Assembly (NCBI GenBank): GCA_029717555.1
Contig: JAMDHS010000011.1
Span: forward strand, 1-64,000
DNA length: 64,000 bases
Source: Peribolospora baueri
Lineage: Eukaryota
Direction of reading: 5' to 3'
The position numbers and the translations under genes were made by a program. The notes beneath the pieces are model-generated. The model did not search any database. It was not told where the DNA came from and saw only the letters and a program-made list of their open reading frames with translations. Positions 12,486 through 24,448 of this stretch are shown here, piece after piece (positions within the stretch are counted from its first letter, which is position 1; each line of letters opens with the position of its first letter).

Positions 12486-15400
12486 GGTTATGATTATGGG
12501 ATGGGATGGGATGGAGATGGATCTCCTACTCAAGAAGAAGTGCGGAGGGAAAACCGAGATGGTGAAGCGGCGAAGCGGACGAAATTATCGCGGCGATGAG
12601 ATGGATGGAGACAGATCGGCGATCGGCGGTCCGGAGATAGCGATGCGATTTGGTGGCTGACGTGACGACAGGAACCTGTCGTGCAAACGCGAGGCGACGT
12701 GTTTGGGGACCGGCGGTGGAGGTATCGGTGATGGAGCTGGTGGTGATGGTGGTGAGAAAGTCGAACGGAGGGGGAAGGGAGGCGAAGGCCGTTTGCGACA
12801 GTCGGGTTGCGGTCCGGGACTGTGAGCCACATTCCCGAGGAAAGCGATCGAAAGCCGATCGGCCGGGCAAGTCAGCGATGGAGCGGCAAAGGCCCGTCGG
12901 AGAACGATCGGGGAACAGGACGTACGTCGGTTACGTCGTGTATAAAAAGCAGGTATGCGCGACGAGTGGAAGAGGGATCAACGCGAGGAAGGAGGATGGC
13001 GAGGGCAAAGGAAAAGTAAAAAAGAGACGGGAAAGGGATTGGAACGAGTCCGGTAAGCATGGACGAGAGCCAAGTGGCGTCGTCCCCGCCGGCCAGCCGA
13101 AACCCAGTGGACGGAGTGATCGAGCGCGTCCGGGCCTCTCCTCTGGCTTTCCTCCACAGCTCCGAGCGAGGTGAGCCTCCCAGATCATCTATACTCACCG
13201 AATCGCAGCCGTGCTCGTTGAGAAGGTGACAGAGGGGTGGGTCGGAGGGAGGTGAATGCGAATCAGCGGCCTGCTCAGCGGCCGAAGCCGGTGACGTCTT
13301 GCGTTGGGCAGCGATGACCAACTCCATCCGCTTATATCCGGCTTAGCCCCGATCGCCCGGAAGAAGAGACGAATTGGGACGTGTCAGTGCAAGTCGAGCC
13401 TGAGGATAAGGTTTTTCATTGTTCCGTAGATTTTGAGTTTCTGCACGGTGCAGGCTGTTCGTGTCGCTCCTAGGATGACATCCAGATCGACTACTACGAG
13501 AGTAAACGGAAAGCAGTCATACATCGCCAAACAACAGCGAACGCAACAGGTACATGGGATCTCAAGCGACGACGAAGAAGGAGGCTGACGACCCGTCGTA
13601 TTTCTTCAGAAAAAAAAGAGCAGAAAAAAAAAGGAATGAGATCCTGAGCCGCAGGGGAACCTAAGGCTACCACGCCCGTCCGCATCTATCATATAGCGAC
13701 AACGTATCCGGGAGCGTCGCGCTTTCGCGGGTCGGTGACTGCACTGCCGGCAGCTCCGGGCGAGGATGCCCATCCTCCTTGGGTTCAATCCTTGGGTGAC
13801 GAAGAGGCGGCAAAGGTGGAGACGTAGCGGGACTGGGACTGTCCGTTCCGTCCTGCCTCCAGACGGATGGGAAATGAACGCCCTTGATCGCCCTTGCCTG
13901 CACCATCGGGCGAACCGAGAGAAGGTCCACCAAGCACTCACGCTGGACGGAGACGGTCAAGCAGACGTCCAGTTCCCGAGGCGAGGGTGAAGGCCAGGAT
14001 GCGAAAGCTCGCCAGGCGAGAGGGACGTAGTGCCGGTCGCGAAGAGGAAGAGGAGGAAGAAGGCCTGCGGCTCTTCTGCGAGCGGGCACAGCGAGGCCCC
14101 GCCCGGTGCAGTGCACCTGATGGTTGGCCAAGACGATGAGGTCCAGTCAAGGTCAAACACGACGGACAGCCGAGGGGCCCAATTGGGCGTCTGCGCCGGG
14201 CTTGCTGAACGCGGCAAGGCGCCTGAGTTAACCGTCTCTTGGCTCCTCCCTTGCTGCGACATCCCCGGTCTCCACCGGGCGCGATCGAACAGCTGCTCGC
14301 GTCGTGCCCGGTGACCCCCGCCATGTCGGCCACGCACCACCAGCCCCGATCCCAGTAGAGCCGCCATGTTGCGCGCTATTGGTATCGATGGGGTTACAAG
14401 CGAGCTGACGGGAGAGGCAAGGCTGGATGAAAGGTTCTGCAAAAGGAAGGGAAGAAGGAAAGACGGACGAACGAACGGCGAGGCCAGAGTGTAACACTTG
14501 AGGAACCCGAGAACGGGAAGAGCGGTGCAATGGACCGGAGGCGGAGAAAAACCGTTCGACGGGTCCGTCGCTGGTCGACTCAACAGCCGCCGAATCCAGC
14601 CTAGCTAGCAAACCGTGTGACCGATCTTGCAAGCAAGCGACCCTCGAGCACATCAGAATCCACCATGTTGAAGAGATTGGACGGACGGCAAGTGCGAACG
14701 AGATATGAATCCGAAGGAAAGCGTACGACGGTCAGGATTTGTAGCAGCGTCGCCCAAACGGCAAGAAGCTCCAAATCTTGATAGACATGCATGGTACGCT
14801 CTTCCAAAACTCTGCGTTCCAGTCCCTAAGGCCCACGGAGACCTTTCCGGGTATGAGAGCAAATCGTCGAGCGCGGTCGCAAACCTGGGCGCGGGTGCGC
14901 TCCTTTAGAAACCGAGTGTCGTGAACAAAATGTAAGTCCTCACGCTTGGTGGTGATCTGGAGCAGTGTCAATTCAGGGATGTGCTCTCCAAGCGTCGAGT
15001 TGGCGCGTCGACATCAGAAAAAAAGGGCTCCTAACCGTCGCCAAATTATAGACTTGGCCACGGCGCGTCTGGCAAAAAGAGGGTGAGAAAAGGGAGAAAA
15101 AAAGACGGGAAAGGACATTGGTTGAATTCGGAACGTCTGACAGAGAGCGTCGAAAGCGGAGTGTCCGTATGGAGGGTCGGAAAAGCGTCGCCTCATGTCA
15201 TGTCCATGTACGGCGCACCAGTCATGGAAGAAGAAAGACCCAAGCCGAGGAGCTGAACCTCAGGGACGAAGAGAAGCGCGTAGAGGGGAGAGGAGAGGGG
15301 ATAGGTGATGACCCTGGAGGCTGTCGGGGTCGGTCGATCGCCGTCAGGGCACCCGCGTTGGTCGGCGTCGATCATGGGGTAGTCTCGTGACCGCTTATCA

Positions 15401-15697
15401 CGGCGCGCGGTGCCGCCAAGAGTTTGTGCCGAGTGATGGTTGATTGTGGTTCGTGTCGGATAAGGGTAGGAAGAGGGACGGAGGAAGGTGGAAGGGGGTG
15501 ACGGTGGTAAATGTTGTTGGCGCTGGGGGAGGCGCGGAGACAGGGAATCAAATAGGCCCTTTATCGTCTTCTCATGACTCGTCCGCCTCCTCCTCCTCCT
15601 CCTCCTCGCTTTGCGCCCACTCCTCGCAAGCCCGTCGTTTCCTCGTCGTCGACATCCGCCTTCGTTCTTTCAGACGTCCCTCCCTACCTTTACAACC

Positions 15698-16333
15698 ATG
15701 TCCACCCACGTCGACACGACCCTCCAATCGACCACAGTACCCATCACACTCCGCGTCCCCAACATCTCAGACGCGCCAGCGCTCCTCACCGTGCTCTCGG
15801 ACCCAAGGAACACCGAATTCGATCCGAACGCCGGCAAGGGGGATAAGCCGCCCACGCTGGCCGGCATCGAGTCGGCGATCGTCAAGATGCGATCCTCCGC
15901 CTCGGTACCCCAACCAGACCGCGTCAATCTCGTCGTCGTCGACACCTCTGACCCGCTCGACCACCGGGTTGTCGGACTTGGCGGGTTCGGGCACATCGGG
16001 ACGGAAGACGGAGGAGGAGACGGAGAAGGAGAAGGAGAAGGGAAGAGGAGGAAGAGAGTAGGCGACGTAGGAGTCATGCTAAACCCCGACGCGAGGGGAA
16101 AAAGCTATGCAGTGGAGGCGATGAAGCTGAGCATCGAGTTTGGCTTTGGGTCCTTGGCGTTGGACGAGGTGACGGCGACGATGTTGGAAAGGAACGAGGC
16201 GATGAGGGGTCTCATGGACAACAAGTTGGGATGGAAGGGCCTGAGGAGGGAGGGTGAGTTTGGCGGCGAGTATTTTTATTCGATGAAGAGGGACGACTGG
16301 TTACGGAGGGAACCGGAGGAGCGTATTAGATAG
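15698..16333 (+). CDS. GNAT N-acetyltransferase, RimL/Acetyltransf_3-like, intronless (~211 aa)
   Basis: ITLRVPNISDAPAL..., VVGLGGFGHI, DVGVMLNPDARGKSYAVEAMKLSIEFGF (motif A), LDEVTATMLERNEAMRGLM. Confidence 0.85.
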   Translation: MSTHVDTTLQSTTVPITLRVPNISDAPALLTVLSDPRNTEFDPNAGKGDKPPTLAGIESAIVKMRSSASVPQPDRVNLVVVDTSDPLDHRVVGLGGFGHIGTEDGGGDGEGEGEGKRRKRVGDVGVMLNPDARGKSYAVEAMKLSIEFGFGSLALDEVTATMLERNEAMRGLMDNKLGWKGLRREGEFGGEYFYSMKRDDWLRREPEERIR

Positions 16334-16904
16334 GACTTTAGAGGAGGAACGTATTAGGTAGGACATTGGAGGCCTGGCTTGCATGTATACTCTTCTCTTC
16401 CGTCCACACGATCCCTTTAATATCAAGAAAATTAGCGAATCCTATGACCCTGGACGGGACGGGACGGCCAAAATGAAACGACGACGACAAGGCATCATCG
16501 CTCGACGGATCATGCGTTATGCTTAAATCAAGCTCGCTCGCCGCCCAGGCACGCAGGCACGCGACGCGGTCCCATTTCAGGCGGGCAATGCACAAACAAA
16601 CAACAAACAATACGCCGCTCCGCTGTTGGGATCTTTCGGTCGGCACTCTTTCTTCGTCTCCGCGCTCGGACGCACGGATGCACAGCGTCCGTGGAGGAGA
16701 GACGTACGAGGAAGGAATGCGCGTGTAGTGTTCCTTGCGCCAAGCCACTTATGTAGATACATTTGCCAGATATGAACCGCAGCCGGGGGTGTGGGGGAGG
16801 GCGGGGAAGGAGGACAGAGATTCAAAAAAAAGACGAAAAAAAAAAAAAGGATCGCGGAAACAAGCTCGACGGCGATAAGGGTAGGTACAGATAAAAGTGA
16901 GAGG

Positions 16905-16905
<1 letters not shown>

Positions 16906-16937
<32 letters not shown>
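16906..16937. repeat. 32-nt poly-G tract
   Basis: Read directly; lies between the convergent GNAT and homeobox genes. Confidence 0.9.
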
Positions 16938-16940
<3 letters not shown>

Positions 16941-17513
16941 GGGCGAGATGCAGATGTCCGCCGAGTGCGAGGAAGTCGAAGGTGTGTGAAATTCGAGACA
17001 AACGAAGGGGATGCGGAACCGTCGCCCGGCGGTATGCGAGAAAAACGCTGGCACTGAAAGGGCCGTCTGGCGGCGGGCTGGCCAGGCTGAACGAGAAGGA
17101 GAACGAGGAAAAAGCCCGGAGCTGGAGAAGACCGGCGGATGGCGGGGGCTGGCTGGCGAGGGTGAAGGAGGGAGATGAGTGGGGAAAGATGGATCACGAC
17201 GAAAGCGGACGAACGGACGAGGGGGAAGGCCGGGTCGGGTCAGGTCGAAAAGCGAAAGGAAAACGAGTCGATCGAGTATCTCCAGATCTCCGAGAAGGAA
17301 GGAAGAGGAGGGTAGCAATACGGGAGACTGGGCGCGAGAAAAACGAAAAAAAAAAATTCAAAGAGTGTGGTCCGGCAAGGAACGTGGGGCGCCAGCGCAA
17401 GAGGAGGGGGGGAGGGGAAAGCCGGCCCAACAGGGAGTGGCGGTGGCGTTGGCGGTGGTGGTGGTGTACCACTTTTACCGGGCGGTCCATCGAGAGTTTT
17501 GACGTCGAGTCAA

Positions 17514-20500
17514 TCAATAGCTGCCCGGCAGCTTTGGGGAAACGAGATGAACCGAACCGCCGTCACGGGTGGTCGTCTGAGGCGACGTCGACGTCGAAAA
17601 AGACCCACCCACGCTCGTCCGTCCGTCCGTCTCACTGAGCTCCGGCCCAGACTGGCCGCCTTCGGCGCCGAGAGGGGCGGTATCCGCCGGGCTGGCGGAA
17701 GCCTTGGCAAGCATTGGAGAGCCGCCGCCGGAAGACGGCGTCTTGACGACGACGGCCCCTGCGGCGGCGGCATACGGCGGGCCCGCAAGCGTGTCCAAGC
17801 GGGACACGTGTGGTTGGGTGAACGTCGCGTCGAATTGCATATGTGTCGAATCGTCAGACCCAGCGATGCCGATGCGGTGTCCAGCGCCGAGCGGGGGTGC
17901 CGCGGACGGATACGAGGACGCGTCTGGTTGGTGCTCATACGACGATGGCCATGGCTGTGAGCCGGCGAGGCTCTGAAGCGCCGCCGGGCTGGAGCCGAAG
18001 CCAGGGCGGGGAACGGCGCTGGTGGGGGTGAGTGGAGAGAAGCTGTCGATCATCTGATCAAAATGCATCTCCTGCGTCTCGCCGTGGAGATTGAGAGCGG
18101 GAGGGAGGACGTGACCGCCCTGCTGGATATGCTCGCCAAACGAGTGCCCAGATGACAACGAGTGCCCAGATGAACTACCGCCGGCGCCGCCGCCACCGCC
18201 AAAGGTAGGTAAAGAGGCCGAGGTGGTCGTGCCGGCAAGACTCTCCGAGGCGCTCGTACCGATGACGGGCGACTCGAGCCGGAGTCCAGCCATGGAGCTC
18301 TCGGCCAGACCAGCGACCTCGGGGTTCATGGAAGTGTAGGGGACGGTCTGCTGTCCAACAAAGGAGGAGTGCAAGGAGGACAGACTGGACGTGCTGGCCG
18401 CCGAGCTGAGAGAGCCATAGAAGGAGTGCGACGAGGCGATCGAGTCACCGCCGATGCTGCCGGCGCTCGTTCGACTGCGCGGCACGTTGCTGAAGTGGTA
18501 AGAGCTGGGCGGAAAGTCGGCGAGGCTGGCGGATGCGAGGCCGGAGAGGGACGCCGACCGAGTCGGGTACGCGAGCGTGGAGTGCTCGGTGGCCATGGCG
18601 GGGGCCGAAGTGGGGGGCACGGAGAAGTACATGGAAGGCTCCATGGGGAGGGGCAAGACGGCAGTGCTGGAGCCGAAATGGATGAGGTCCCGAAGCGGGC
18701 CCTCCGTCTCCGCCAGCCTGAGCAGCGCGTCTCTGAGCCTAACCGCGGGGCCGGTGAGAACGTGCCGGAGGACGTGGGACGCCTGTCGGTTTTCGGTAAA
18801 GTCGGCACACTGCCTCCAGAAGGCGCGCCCGTCTTCCTCCGTGGCGGCGGCGGCGGGAGCGGCGGGGGTGTTGGTGGTGGTCGTGGTGGCATGGCCTTCG
18901 CGGACGACCTGCATGAAAAAAGTGGGCGGGCGCTCGAGGTCGACGATGAGCATGCCCTCTTCCTGCCCTTCGCTGCTCGTCGCGCTTCCCTCGGGACCAA
19001 GGTACCACCCGCCACTGGACTGTCCGGGACCACAGAGCTCAAAGGTGATGGAGCGAACGACGCTGAACGGGGTCTCGAGCTTGAAGCCGACCGAGTCGGA
19101 GGAGAGGTACCAAGTAAGCGTCTGAAGGCGTCGGGAAAAGAAGCAGACCAACGGCGAGACGCGTCGCCAGGTGCCGATGGTGAGCTGGGTGACGGGGAAG
19201 GGCGGTACAGACTCTCGCTCGAGGCCGCCGAGCACGCCTCCTCCGCCTTCCGTCATCGTTCTCGGGCGGCCGGCCAGACCGGCTCTGGTGCCGAACCGAC
19301 TGAACATGCCGCCTGCGGCGGCGGCGGATCCCATGGCCGTCACGGGCATCTTGGGCGGGAAGTTCATCAGAGCCGGGTTGAGATTGAGGCTGAGCGAGCC
19401 GGAGCCGGAGCGCATGGTCCGGGTGGCGGCGAGTGGCTTGCCGGGCAAGCCTGAGCCGGTGGGAGGAGTGGACGTGGACGTCGGACCGGCGGCGGCCGCT
19501 TTCTTTTCGTTGGCTTTGACCTTTGCGCGGCTGTAGGCGCCGTAGGGGCGGAGGGGAGGGAGCAAAGTGATGATGATCTGAGTTCAGTCCTGGGCGTACC
19601 TTGGTGCCTGCGCGCATTTTGGGCCCCACGCGTTCCTTGCATCTCATCTCCCACGCTTGCAGACAGGCAGGCGGGACGCGCGCGGGCGCGCACGCACCGC
19701 GTACATCTACGGCACTCACCGGTTCTGGAACCAGACCTGAACGCTGCGCTCGGGCATGTCGAGGGTGATGCTCAGCTCCTCGCGCAGTTTGGCCGTCGGG
19801 TTACGGTTTCGAGCGAAAAAGGCCTCGAGCGCGGCGAGCTGCTCTGTGGTCGTCTTGTTCCGTTTGCGTTTCACCGGCGGCGCATTAACGTCCTGAGGCT
19901 GAGACGACGAAAAGCTAGGTCCGGCTCCGGGGCCAGCGCCTGACCCCGTGACAGTGGCTTTGCCCTTGCCGCTTCCGCCGCTACTTCCTACCCCTGCTCC
20001 TGCTCCGCTGTCGTCGTCGCCAGCGGGAGAGGCGGTCCTAGAAGACGAACGGCGGCGAGTGGAGGGAGGACTACCAAGCGGAGGGCCGGGATTCATGGCG
20101 GCAATGCGGGAGGAGAGCTGACCGTGGCCATAGTCGTAGATGACCTGGGCGCCCTGAGCAAGGCCGTAGGGCGCTGGCGGCGGCGCGCCGGACACGGGCG
20201 CCGTCGCGGGGCCCATGTGGGCGGTCAAAGGGGTCATGCCGAAGGGAGCGCTGAGGGTGGGCAGCGTCGCCGTCTGGGGTCGAACGGCCAAGGCGGCGGG
20301 GATGGCGAAGGGCATGCTTGCGCTGGTACCCTCGATGGGCGAGGCCATGAAGCTGGACGTGTCGGAGGCGGAGGCGAGGAAGCTGGACGTGTCGGAAGGG
20401 GTGTCATGGGCGGCGTGGTGGCCGGCGTCGGCCTCGATGGAGCGGGCATCGTCGTCGACGACAATGCCAACGCCGGCGCGGAGGCCAGCGAGCAAGTCAG

Positions 20501-21052
20501 AGTGGCCGACGCTGTCGAGGTCGAGGCTGAGATCGAAGGTGGACGTCGGCGCGGACAGGCGACGGCCTACGACGCGGTTCGAGGACGGCACCGCCGGATG
20601 CTCGGCTATAGGTCCGGTCGTTTCGGCTCCGACACCGGGTTCGTGGTGTGGTGTGTGGTGGTGCGCCTGTCGCTGTCCGCGGGGGTCTGCTGCGCTCGAC
20701 GGCGGCTGTTGCCACATGGATCCGGCGCTGGGGTGGACGACGAAGGTGGCGTCGGCGGCGGAGGAGCAAAAGGGCAACTCGTGGTCGTATCCGTATCTGG
20801 CGTCCAGAGGGGGGATGAAATCAACGTCGAGCGCAGGCGGCTTGGTGGTGACGAAGGGGAAGAGGGTGTCTAAGGGGCGGGGACGGGGGCGGGGAAAGAA
20901 AGTGAGCAGGGAGACCTTTCCGGGCATCGCATGTAGATCGTGGAGCGGTCGCGAGAGAGGGAGGGAGAAGGAGGAGGAGGAGGTGGGCGCTGGTCGCGTC
21001 GGCTGGACGCTCGCTCGCTCGCTCGCTCACCTGAAGAGAGAGAGGCCGACAT
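17514..21052 (-). CDS. Homeodomain transcription factor, Phx1/Pah1/HbxA-like; exons ~21052-21031, 20869-19720, 19530-17514
   Basis: Homeodomain KRKRNKTTTEQLAALEAFFARNRNPT..REELSITLDMPERSVQVWFQNR|RAKVK. It is followed by the family's companion domain (LTIGTWRRV...FKLETPFS...LERPPTFFM...WRQCADFTENRQAS.VLRH.LTG). A 22-nt first exon (MSASLSS) splices in frame. Confidence 0.88.
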
Positions 21053-24000
21053 AAGACACGTTGAGCACGCACACGACGGGCGGGCGGCGAAGGCGAAGGC
21101 GAACAGGCTGGTGCACTGCTAGCCGGATTGGCTCGCTTGCTCTAGACTCGAACTCGGTCGTGCGCTCGCCCAGAGAGCGGGGTCAGCGACGGGCGAGAGG
21201 TGCGGGTGCAGGGGAGTGAAAAGAAGAAGTACGGACGGACGGGATATCGGTCTAGCCGCCGCCCGGAGAAGGGGGGGGGGGAAGCCCCGAAATGCGATCG
21301 AGTGCAGAGGCGGAATCGCTGAACAGGGTCGGCGGTGAGAGGAGAGGAGGGGGCGACGGGGAAGAGGAATCGAAGAAACAAAACAAAGCAAACGTGTGGA
21401 CGGAGGAAAGAAAAGAGAGGGGCGAGCAAGCCTGGAAGAAAGGGCAGGCCAAACGAAGGCGAAAGGAGCGTGAAGGGGAGGGGGGGTTGGCGGGCGGGGC
21501 AAGTGGGAAAGGAAAGCTTGGTGCACCCGGGAAGTCTGTGGTTCGACGAGGTCGAGCGAATCGAACGAACGACGAATGAACGAACGGACGGACGAGCGAA
21601 CGCGGAGGACGGTCGGTCGGAGCGGAGAGGCGGGCGGTGTGATGAGATTGATGCACGCGTCAAGGTTGAGGTGATGCGCGGGCAGGAAGAAGAGCCAATG
21701 TACCACGGTCAACGTGGAGTGTAGGGGTTGGGGGTGGGGGGAAGGGTGAAGGGGGGGAAGGGGGGTTGCAGACGCAGGTGGGTGGGGCTCGAGAAGGGAG
21801 TGTGACAAGGCGGCGAGGCTTGTGGGATTGCAAACGAGGGACGAGGAGGGGGGGGTAGAAAAGAGGGGAGATCGAGAGAGAGAGAGAGAGAGACAAAAAG
21901 ACGGAAAGACGGACGGAGGGAGGGCGAGGAGACGAATGAGGAGGAGGTTAGAGAGAGAGAGAGAGAAGAAGGAAGAAGGGGAGGCCGGCCGGTGAGTTTT
22001 GTCCGTCGTCTGTCCGTGACCACCGACGACGGGTGCAGTAGACGGACGGACGAACGACTGAGAAGCGGCGGTCGGTCGACAAGCTTCGAGGAGGAAGCGA
22101 GGAAGCCTGGCTCGGCTACGAGGAAGAAGAAGAAGGAAGGGACGGAGGCGGGCGGGTAACGGGTCGGGATTGGAGACGTCCGTCTGTGTGTGTGTGTCCG
22201 TCTCTCCGTCCGTCTGTCAGTCTGTCAATCTGTCCATTTGTCTGTTGATCGCTTGGACGGTCAGGTGTGGCTAGCCTGGCTGACTGGCTAGCTGGCTGGC
22301 TCACGGACGGTTTGCTCGCTCCCTTTCGCTCGCTGTAAGCGGCAACGCGACCGACGGCGAGGCTACGGCGACGGCGATGGAGGGAGGAGCGAACGAGCGT
22401 GGCAGTAAGCGAACCAGGCCGGTCGGTGCTTGTGCAGCAAGGTGCGATGCGATGCGGTGAGCGCAGCCAGCAGCCAAGCAGCAGGCGCACCGGTCGGCGG
22501 CAGGCTTAGAAGGACTCTCTTTCTAGCGTCGGCCATCTGCGATCATCCCATTCGGGCGTTTCTGCGCCTGCTTCTATCTAGCGTCGACGGTGTCGTGAGT
22601 GTGAGTGTGACTTTGGCGGCGACTGCGACAGCCGTCCGTGGTGACATGTAATGTAGCTTACATGTAGGTGCGGTAGGCACCGGTATCTAAGAAGGGGGAG
22701 GGAGGGTGTGCTGCGTCGAGAAGGGAAAGGGGCGGGCCAACGGGATACGAGACACGAGATACGGGCGGGATACGGGATGGGGATAGGCCGAAGGGGGCGG
22801 ATGGAAGGAAGGAGGGAAGCAAGGAAGTAAGGAAAGAAAGAAGGAAAGGAAGGAAAGGAGGAAAGAGTCTGTCACATAAACGGCCAAGGCGGGCGAACGC
22901 CGCACCGGGTGCCCATGGTGTGTCTGCCCGTCTGTCTGTTGTCTATCTGTCTGATCGTCGCCGGCGAGCCCGGCTGAACATTCGAGTCGGCCTGCCAAAT
23001 TGAACGGGGTGAGGCGAGAGGAGACCAGAGCCGAGTCCATCGGCGCTGCCTTTCAGGGACAAGGTACGGAGGGACGAGGGACCGACTGTGGCCAAGGCAC
23101 GGACGTGCGCGCGCGTCGTTCGTTGGCCTACCGGCTCGCCTGCTTTTTTCGCTCGCTCGCTGCGGCTGCCGCATGCAGGTGGGCGCACACCCGACGCCCA
23201 CCACTCCCACTCCCGCTGAGTTGAGTGACCCCCTTTTGCCCCCGCCACGCTCGCGCCCGCCCCGATCCCTCGCACGCCGTCACGCCGTCACCCGTCACGC
23301 CCGTCCGTCACGCGCTTCCCTTTCCTCGCCGCGTCACGTCAGGGGCAACTCGTCGCGGTGCGGTGCGGCGCGGCCACGCGTGCGCCCGGCTGCCCATCCC
23401 TCCCGACCCGACCGACCGAGGGCCGAGCGCACGCTGTATTTACGTTTGTACGTATGTACGACGACATGCACGCACGGAAGCACGGCGGGGTATGAAAAAG
23501 AATTGAACCACGAACGAACGGACGAACGAACGAACGAGAAGAGTGAGAAACACGAGGCCCGTCCTCTCCTCTCTCCACCCCGGCTGCCCGCTCGGGCCGC
23601 GCGCTATTCCATTCAATCGAAGCCGCAAGAGACAGAGAGACAGAGCAAGAGAGAGCATAGTGCGTGCAGTTGCAGGTGCACCAGTCGCAGTAGCAGTCGT
23701 AGTCGTAGTCGTAGTCGCACTCGTACTCGCTCGACTCGGCCGGCTCTGGCGCGCCGACGACGCCTTGTCAGCGCCCACCTCGGCCCGGCTCGAGCTGGGA
23801 GGAGCGCCATGCTTGAAATATGTAGGTAGGTAGGTAGGTAGGTAGTGGTCGACGCGAGATGAGATGAGACGACACGACACGACACGAGTCTTCGCCCGCC
23901 TCCAACCGACGAGCCTCGAGGCTGATCCGATGGCAGTGGCAGCGATGCGACGCGACGCCGGAAGCCCGCTCGGAATACTCCAAGAGGCACGTTTCGACAG

Positions 24001-24448
24001 ACGACCGACGACCGACGGCGGTCCTCTTCCTCTCGTCTCCCAAACATCGCGACGTCTCCCTCCCAGCGCCGCCCTATCTATCGCTCTCCGTCCCGGTCTC
24101 GGTCTGTCGACAGACTTGCGCTCAATGCCGAGCGTCGGCGTCGTGAACCTGACGAAATCATACACACAAAACACACATACATACACGGACCAGCTCGACC
24201 GTCGGGTGTACGTGTACAAACGAAACGGTGATGAAGACGACGCGATGCGATGCGAGCGAATGATGGACAACGGGTGGAAAACGACTTTGACCGACGGCCG
24301 ACGATGACTGCGACTGTTTCGGATCGGTTCAACCCTAGCTGCCAGCACACCTTTTTCTCTCGTCTCTCCTTCCACTGACCGTGCAACCCAGCCAGGCCAT
24401 CTCTTTTCTCCCATCCCTTTTTTTCCTCTCCCCGCATCCTCCCCCCCT

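Noticed and set aside
12500..15600. Overlapping 130-210 aa ORFs (e.g. 13957-14583 -, 13667-14131 -)
   Set aside because: No recognisable motif or coherent splice model; expected by chance at this GC content. A degenerate gene cannot be excluded.
17514..21052. Homeodomain gene as a mating-type HD locus
   Set aside because: There is no divergent HD1/HD2 partner, and it carries the Phx1/HbxA companion domain.
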